Source: Octopus vulgaris (lineage: Eukaryota). Taken from it: a DNA stretch of 64,000 nucleotides. The notes under the pieces are model-generated. The model did no database searches. It was not told the DNA's origin and was given only the letters and a program-made list of their open reading frames with translations. The stretch lies in NCBI GenBank assembly GCA_951406725.2, contig OX597819.1:121210001-121274000 (forward strand). Reading direction: 5' to 3'. Position numbers and translations under genes: made by a program. This document shows, piece after piece, positions 56,570 to 64,000 of the stretch (positions within the stretch are counted from its first letter, which is position 1; each line of letters begins with the position of its first letter).

Positions 56570-56780
56570 CTTACTGGCGCTCCGTCATTTCCGACAATGA
56601 GGGTCCCAGTTGATCTGATCAACGGAACATCCAGCTCGTGAAATTAATGTGCAAGAGGCTGAGCACGCGTTCTCTTAATGTAGTTCTCAGGGAGATTCAG
56701 CGTGACGTAGAATGGTACAAGGCTAGACCATTGAATTTACAGGTACAACCCATTTTTGCCAACTGAGTGGATGTGAAATA
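56570..56780 (-). mobile_element. S3 SINE fragment (body Y, tail P)
   Basis: tgagggtcccagttgatctgatcaacggaacatccagctcgtgaaattaatgtgcaag (tail P) joined to catttttgccaactgagtgga (body Y). Confidence 0.75.
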
Positions 56781-57452
56781 TTGAGTCTTGGGAACATTTC
56801 AAAGGAGAACAATATCGATCTGAAAATTCAATATGCCCGACTGAAACCTAACCGATCAGTTCTAAGGAGGATCCGTTCCCTCTCCCCTATCTCTTTCTCT
56901 CTTTCTCCTTTCTCTAACTATTTTGGGTGTCTAAAGGAACCAAGGTTTTCACAGTTTCAAGATTCAAGGTTACGGTCAAATTAACGAGGCGTACTTACTA
57001 TTTATTTTATGATAGTTCAAATGTCCTTACGACTCATCAAGAAGCGCATTATACTGAACCAGCCTCTACATTCGTTAAAACAAAAGCTGGAACTAATGGA
57101 TCCTTCGTCCTTTTATCCCTGTATTTGGTAAATGAAGGACATCTTATGAATATCAATGTTGCCAACTGCGACATTATAATTCAAAGTCTTTCGTTGTCAC
57201 GATCCGTTATATTCTGAAGTATTTACAAACAGCCTGTTCAGGTATTCTCGAAACTCACGTGTGTTTATTGTTACCAATGTTTTTCTTATTCTTTCGTATG
57301 TTTCATCATGCCAGTGTCAATGCAGCAGAAGACCGAACTTTTAACGTTCAACTTTTATTTTGTGTTTTGATTCTCGCTTCAATATTATTTAATCTTCTCA
57401 GAAGCCTAGTCTCCAGCCACACCGACAACTGAATCGTAAAATATAAACCACT

Positions 57453-57515
<63 letters not shown>

Positions 57516-57685
57516 TCACACACACGCACACCATACAGATGTATATTTATATGTACTTATGCACCAGTGCAACGCATATTCATCCGTGTATATATATATA
57601 TGCATGTATGTATATAAATACGTATATGGAGTTTGTATTCGCATTGACGCGTGTACAGATACGGCTGCACATATATGCATATTCA

Positions 57686-57722
<37 letters not shown>

Positions 57723-57926
57723 GTATACATATAAGGCGTTGTATTCGCTTGATGTGTGTACAGATATGGCTGCACATATACGTATATTCACTTATACGTA
57801 TATATATGTGTGTATGTGGATCTATATATGTATATATATATTTATATCTATATATATTTTTTTATTAGTTTCAGCTCAGAGCTGCGGCCATGACATACAT
57901 ATATACATACATACATACATACATTA

Positions 57927-57973
<47 letters not shown>

Positions 57974-58409
57974 TACACACAAACATGCGTACCACCTAGG
58001 AGATATTGAACAAATATGTTTTGTGTATAAATATGCAATTATGCATCTCATCGTATTATATTGATGCCAGCATTGCACATCAAATTTTCTCTTATTTTCC
58101 TTTCTCTCCGTTATTCTTTCACTTCATTCCATTTCTCCGACTTAATATCCCATCTGTTAACACCCCTAAGGTCTCAACGCCCCTTACTCTTATCAATCTC
58201 TCGAATACTTTGCTATAATATATGCATTTCTCTTCCCTCTTCTATCTCTACCTACATCCCAGCTCCTTTCAGCCAAGTCGTTACGCGCATTTATCCCATT
58301 TGCATTCTATACCCTCTCTTCTTCTCCTCTATTCTTCTTCGCTCTTCCTTTAGCTTGCTGCCTCCTCTCCTTTCCATTATCAATTATCACTCTCCTTTTT
58401 ACTCGTAGT

Positions 58410-58486
<77 letters not shown>

Positions 58487-60165
58487 TTATATTTATATGC
58501 ACTTTTTATATGTAATTTTCAAAATGCGCCTTTATACGATTTTATATGATTTTATATGTTGTTTAAAGGATGAATACCTGTGCGTTTGTTTGTGTACGTA
58601 ATTCAATGTCACCCGTATACGTCAGCGCCAACGCTTGTAAACTTTAGCCATTGTGTATATGAGTGCATGCAAGTGTACATAATGGCTAAACTGCATATAT
58701 AAGGGATAAGTATAAATACGTGTTTGAGTGCGTAAGGTTGCATACACATGGGTATTTGCGTGTCATTGTGTATGTATGCATTATGATATACGCCTGTATG
58801 CATGTATACAGAAAATAAGTACGTCCACGCGTGAGTTTGCATATATAAAAAAAGCAAACGACATCGATTTTCTCTTTAGAAACATGATATAGCACTTGGT
58901 GATGCTTAAAGAGTAATATATATGTATCCGAGTGTGTATGTTTGTATGTATATTTGTGTTTGTATATAGTATAGCGTCTGTGCAAATACATTATACACAC
59001 ATTAAGACACACATACTCACACATCTGTATATATTATTGGGTAGAGATTGATACATAGATACATATATCTATATACGTATGTATGTTTATAGACACTCAT
59101 TCGCACATATTATCTTTACTTTTATCTTTTACTTGTTTCAGTCATTGAACTCCGGCCATTCTGAAGGGTTTGAGTGAAATGAAATCGACCCCAGTAATTG
59201 TATTTTTAAGCCACGTATTTATTTTTTCCGTGCTCATGGATATGACAGGATTTCCTAGACACTGGAATTGTTGCTATAGATACTCCTCTTCCTTTTCTTT
59301 TTCTTTCTTTTTTTCTTTTTGTAAGCCAACATCTGCGGGGGCGATAGTTCTACAAGGTCAACGTTTTCGGATGGGCTGGGTGAAAAGATTGGTGCAGTGC
59401 TTAGAGGTTACATACAAGAGTAAGGAGTAAAAACAGACAAGGAGAAGACGAATGTCAAACTAGATAAGATAAGAGCCCAGCCTGCCTTGAGGACCATAGG
59501 TCAAGCCAACCTTTGCTTGTCTTGTTTATTTCATTTGTTACACACGAGATATTTCCCTGGTGTCCATACATCATAAATTATATACAATCCCATTATTTTT
59601 CTCTCCTAGAGTAATTTGAGACTTATGAAAAGAAAGGTTCATAATGCTCAGAATGTATAAAACAAGAGCTAACTAAAAGTCTGAGAATATACATGGACAT
59701 TTAGGAGAAATTTATAAAAAGGCTTTGGACATGCAAATGGCTAACTGCCCCATAAAGGGCAGAGAGAGCGAGAGAAGACAGTACGTATGTGGGCCACATA
59801 GAGGAGTATGTCTGTGAATGATTTCTACCAAAATGTCTGAGAACTTCTTATGGATATAGTCGAGGATCCACCATCTCACACACGAGGGTTCACTCCATTG
59901 CGGTTCTTATCTAATCTTTGTAAGATATGAATAACTGCTAGGGATGGTCTTCAGTGCGGAAATGAAAGAAAAAAAAAAAGAAAGAAAAACTTTGGTTTAT
60001 ATAGACGTAAATTTTTTATTTCCGCTATCTTCAAGTCAATACTCAGGTTTAATTCTTCTTGTTTATAGAATTTTCGCGTGTTGAGCGTTAACATAGTACA
60101 ATGAACTCTACCAGAATTTAGTTCCTACAAGTAGCTAGGTTCTCTGCAATATGAAATATTTAGGA

Positions 60166-60398
60166 CAATGATTTTCAACCAATTTCTTACCTATAGAACC
60201 ATTAAATACCCATTTTACGCTGGTTAACCTCAAAAGACATTTTATCTTTATAAACTTATATTAATTGGAACTGTATTAAAAATTCTTAAAATAATTTATT
60301 TATAGTAGAGTATGATCAATTTATTGTACGTGAACTTTAGTAATACAATCTTATATGGAACCCTCATGAGCCATGTGGACGCCGGTTGAGAACCGCTG
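60166..60398. mobile_element. hAT-like MITE
   Basis: Imperfect TIRs caatgattttcaacc / ggttgagaaccgctg with an AT-rich interior. TSD not clear. Confidence 0.55.
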
Positions 60399-60751
60399 TT
60401 GAGGGCCAATATTTAATTTTTTATTGTGAACAGAATACAGGGATTAGCACCACATTGGTGTTTTTTTTTATTACAGTAACGCCTGACTTTATTGTTTAAT
60501 ATTTAGTATCTTGGTCGTGAACGTAATATAGTGTACTATACAAATTTGCATCAGCTTCTTACTACTAGGTGAACTTATCCGTTGAATGTGCAGATTTTTT
60601 TCTTTTCTCTTGTTTTTGCTAAATGAAACCAATTACGATAATACTACTAGACTAATGGTTAAGCAGTAACCCCGTCTACCATCAGGTCTCATATCAGCTA
60701 CCAAATCTAGGTAAATATAAATGTGTGTGGGTGTGTGTGTGGGTATATATA

Positions 60752-60952
60752 CTCCTTTTTACTTGTTTCAGTCATTTGACTGCGGCCATACTAGAGCACC
60801 ACCTTTAGTCAAACAAATCAACCCCGAGGACTTATTCTTTGTAAGCTTAATAGTTATTCAATTGGTCTCTTTTGCCGAAGCACTAAGTTACGGGGTCGTA
60901 TACACACCAGCATCGGTTGTCAAGCGATGTGGGGTGGGACAAACATAGACAC

Positions 60953-60987
<35 letters not shown>

Positions 60988-61506
60988 TATATATACGACG
61001 GGCTTCTTTTCCGTTTCCGTCTACCAAATACACTCAGGAGGCTTTGGTCAGCCCAAAGCTATGGTAGACGACACTTGCCCAAGGTGTTACGCAGTGGGAC
61101 TGAACCCAGAACCATGTGGTTGGTAAGCAAGCTTCTTTCCACACAACCTATATATATATTCTCTTATTTGCTTCAGTAATTTTGATGAGGCCATGCTGGA
61201 GCACCACATTTAGTCGAACCAGTCAACCCTAGGGCTTGTTCTTTGTAAACCTAGCATCTATTTTATCATTCTCCTTTACCGAACCGCTAATTTATGGTGA
61301 TGTAAACACACCTGCATCGGTTGTCAAGCAATTTTTCAAGTTGTCAAGCACATTTTCAGTTTCCGTCCACCAAATCCACTCACAAGGCTTTAGTCGGCCC
61401 GAGGGTATGGTAGAAGACACTTGCCCTAGGTGCCACGCAGTGGGACTGAACCCAGAACCATGTGGTTGCTAAGCAAGCCACTCACCACACATCCAGACTT
61501 GCGCCT
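60752..61506 (-). mobile_element. Two tandem S1 SINEs (60752-61148; 61160-61506)
   Basis: Each shows the reverse-complement tail (tttcagtcatttgactgcggcc / ttcagtaattttgatgaggccatgctggagcacc) and head (gcagtgggactgaacccagaaccatgtggtt). Confidence 0.9.
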
Positions 61507-61512
61507 ATGTAT

Positions 61513-61570
<58 letters not shown>

Positions 61571-63410
61571 ATGTATATACTTACTTGGAAAATGATGCAT
61601 GTAACGATATTGAGCAAGTAGAATCGATAACAATGTCAGCTTCACAAGCAACAATAGCAACAACACCAAATACAGCAGCAGCCGCTGAAAACTAAACAGC
61701 CGCAGCAAGCATAACACCAACGGCATTTACCTAAGAAGTACAGTATGGAATATGAGGTAAATACCGGAGATATAAACATCAATGCCAGAATCAAGAGCAA
61801 CTGCAAAAAGCCAGGAAAGAACAATATGAGGGCAGCTCTGGATCAACAGGGTAATTTTTACGCTGGGTGGGAGCTGCACGTCATGCTAGAAATAGCAACC
61901 AATTCCCTTTCAAGTCAACAGTGATTTTTGTAGGAACATTGGAAGGATGTATTAGATAATGGAGTCCTAGATAGACTATGGCTGCAAGAAAAGAAAAAAA
62001 ATGACAGTCAGATGATCACAGCTGGAGCGTCTTTGATCAAAGGTACATTGCCGGATCCAGTCTGATCTGGAGTTAAACAACCGAAATAATAAAACCAATA
62101 ACATTACAAGGCAACAATAACAACGTAAACTACAACAGCAGTAAAAACAAACATAAACCACAGCAGTAGTGATAAAGCAAAAAAAGAAATGAAAACTAGC
62201 TACTGCAGCAGCACCGGTTGAAGCAACAGCAGGAGTAGCAACAGCAGCCACAGCAGCAGCAGTCGGTGCAATTAAGAATGTTAAGTGCATTAATGTGGAT
62301 TGTAGGTGAAGTAAAGTGGAAAGATAACAGTCAAAGACTGTCTCTATCTGATTGCTAACATCACACCTGAATGTTGTTGTATCATTTCTATTGTCAGCGA
62401 CTAAAACTATTAGATCGGCAGCTACCAGGAACACGACCGACTATTATTTCATTGTTAGCTTCACGGTAGATTTACTAGAGCAGTATAGGGGTCGGTAGTG
62501 ATGGTCGTGTGTGGTGGTGATACTAGAGAAAGTGATGGTGGTGGTGCTGGTAATGGTGTGGCAATTGGGCAACAGTGGGGTTGTATTCTTGCTAACTGCT
62601 AATTAGTCACCAGGTATAATTTAGATAACAGAGTCGCTACGGTCGACAAGACAGACAATTGATATCTGCGCACAAGTGATACATTGTGGTGGTCCTCGAC
62701 AAGGGACTTCATTTAGTTTCGTTTATTCCACTTGGGAAACTTGCAGATGGAGACATCGATAGCATATCAGTCTTACAAGTCTAACGGTCTAAGGTTCGTA
62801 TCCAGCGCCGTCAGCTCTAATCTCTATTCATGGCCAAGATCTATAACTGTTGCTGGTGCATTCCACTGAACCAGATATTTGCAGGATACACACTTGTACA
62901 TTCTTTATTGAAACGAAGAAGTATTCAGACTTATTAGAGAATTTATCGATGATTGACATGTATAACAGATTCAGTTGAATTTATGTCTCATCCATTTCGA
63001 TCTCTTGTGATTAGGACAAATGATGTGGGATATCTGAATCAGTGGCCTTCAGTCGAGGCCATATTGTCTCTGTTTAATCATTTTGTGTCGCGGCATTTTA
63101 AAAACATTTATTCACATTTGATTATGGAATACGAACATCATAAACGCCAGTTTCTTTTCCTTCAATAAACCTCTCTCGTTTACACGCGGCTCATATTTTG
63201 GTATTCTGTTTTATTCACAGATTTTAAAATTGATTATTTGCACAGAAATTATAAGCAGAATTGCAGTAAAACAGAAATGCGAAATTAATAAACAGAACTG
63301 CAGTTACCAAATTGCAATTGGTATGACGAATATTTTGACCCCAAATAATAAATATTTAAGGGAAGTTTACACTCTTCGTGTGTTTTTGAACAGTTGGTAT
63401 ATATATATCC

Positions 63411-63753
63411 TGTGAAGGCGCATGGCTTAGTGGTTAGAGCGTAGAGCTTACGACCGTGAGGTTGTGAGTTCGATTCCCGGACCGGGCTTCGTGTTGTGTT
63501 CTTGAACAAGACACTTTATTTCACGTTGCTCTGGTTAACTGAGCTGTAGAAATGAGTTGCGAAATCACTGGTGCCAAGCTGTATCGGCCCCTTTGCTTTT
63601 CCCTTGGATAACATCAGTGGTGTGGAGAGGGGAGGCTGGTATGCATGGGCGACTGCTGGTCTTCCATAAGCAAACCTTGCCCGGACTTCTGCATCGGAGG
63701 ATAACTTTCTAGGTGCAATCCCATGGTCATTCATGACCGAAGGTGAGGGTCTC
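63411..63753 (+). mobile_element. Full-length S3 SINE (body Y, tail R)
   Basis: gaaggcgcatggcttagtggttagagcg (A box), gagttcgattcccgg (B box), gtgttcttgaacaagacactttatttcacgttgctc, and a distinct tail. Confidence 0.9.
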
Positions 63754-63837
63754 CTCCTCCCCCTCTTCCTCTCTTATATATCTTCTATGCTGTAATTGCT
63801 TTAGTTTCAACACTGAAGCTCAGATCGAAACACTTAC

Positions 63838-63852
63838 CTGGCAAATACGCTT
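63838..63852 (-). other. Candidate 15-nt microexon
   Basis: Minus strand: ttatatatttcag|AAGCGTATTTGCCAG|gtaagtg. Consensus donor, TTTCAG acceptor, length divisible by 3, no internal stop codon. Confidence 0.25.
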
Positions 63853-64000
63853 CTGAAATATATAAACTCATACCCATATATATTCAATAAGTTGAGAAAT
63901 AAGGTTTGAGGGACTAACTAGAGCGAATTTCCGGAGGTTGTAACAAGAAAACAACACGCAGGTTTCGTTGTTTTTACAACCCTTAAATATCTGATTATCC

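Noticed and set aside
61585-61684. 100-nt minus-strand exon candidate with good splice sites
   Set aside because: Content is degenerate (GTT/GCT)n repeat and the length is not frame-preserving.
63831-63845. U1 snRNA 5' end (acttacctggca)
   Set aside because: Similarity stops after 12 nt; better explained as a minus-strand splice donor.

Overview
AT-rich, repeat-saturated eukaryotic DNA, almost certainly animal. It is most likely an octopod cephalopod (Octopus), because I recognise the tRNA-derived SINEs and repeats as octopus-type; this is recall, not a search. No intact protein-coding gene is recognisable. Nearly all long ORFs in the track are microsatellite read-through or decayed retroelement/transposase fragments, so the window is probably intronic or intergenic. 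It contains: (1) dozens of tRNA-headed SINEs in at least three groups; (2) decayed RTE, CR1/L2-group and R4/Dong-like (RLE) LINE pieces; (3) a mariner derivative with ~200-bp TIRs, a non-autonomous Helitron and hAT-like MITEs; (4) many Penelope-like relics with minimal hammerhead-ribozyme motifs, several arranged as fold-back pairs inside (TA)n. The most notable structures are: a SINE forming head-to-tail arrays with junctions at the same GGTATTTC site in its own head; a nested mirror arrangement of SINEs at 11.3-14.5 kb; stacked R4-like ends in (CATA)n; a 2.5-kb tandem duplication whose junction holds an 89-bp foreign segment plus an inverted local copy; a 39-bp minisatellite born inside a LINE ORF, followed by a probable assembly mosaic; and a candidate 15-nt minus-strand microexon. 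Boundaries were read by eye and are approximate.
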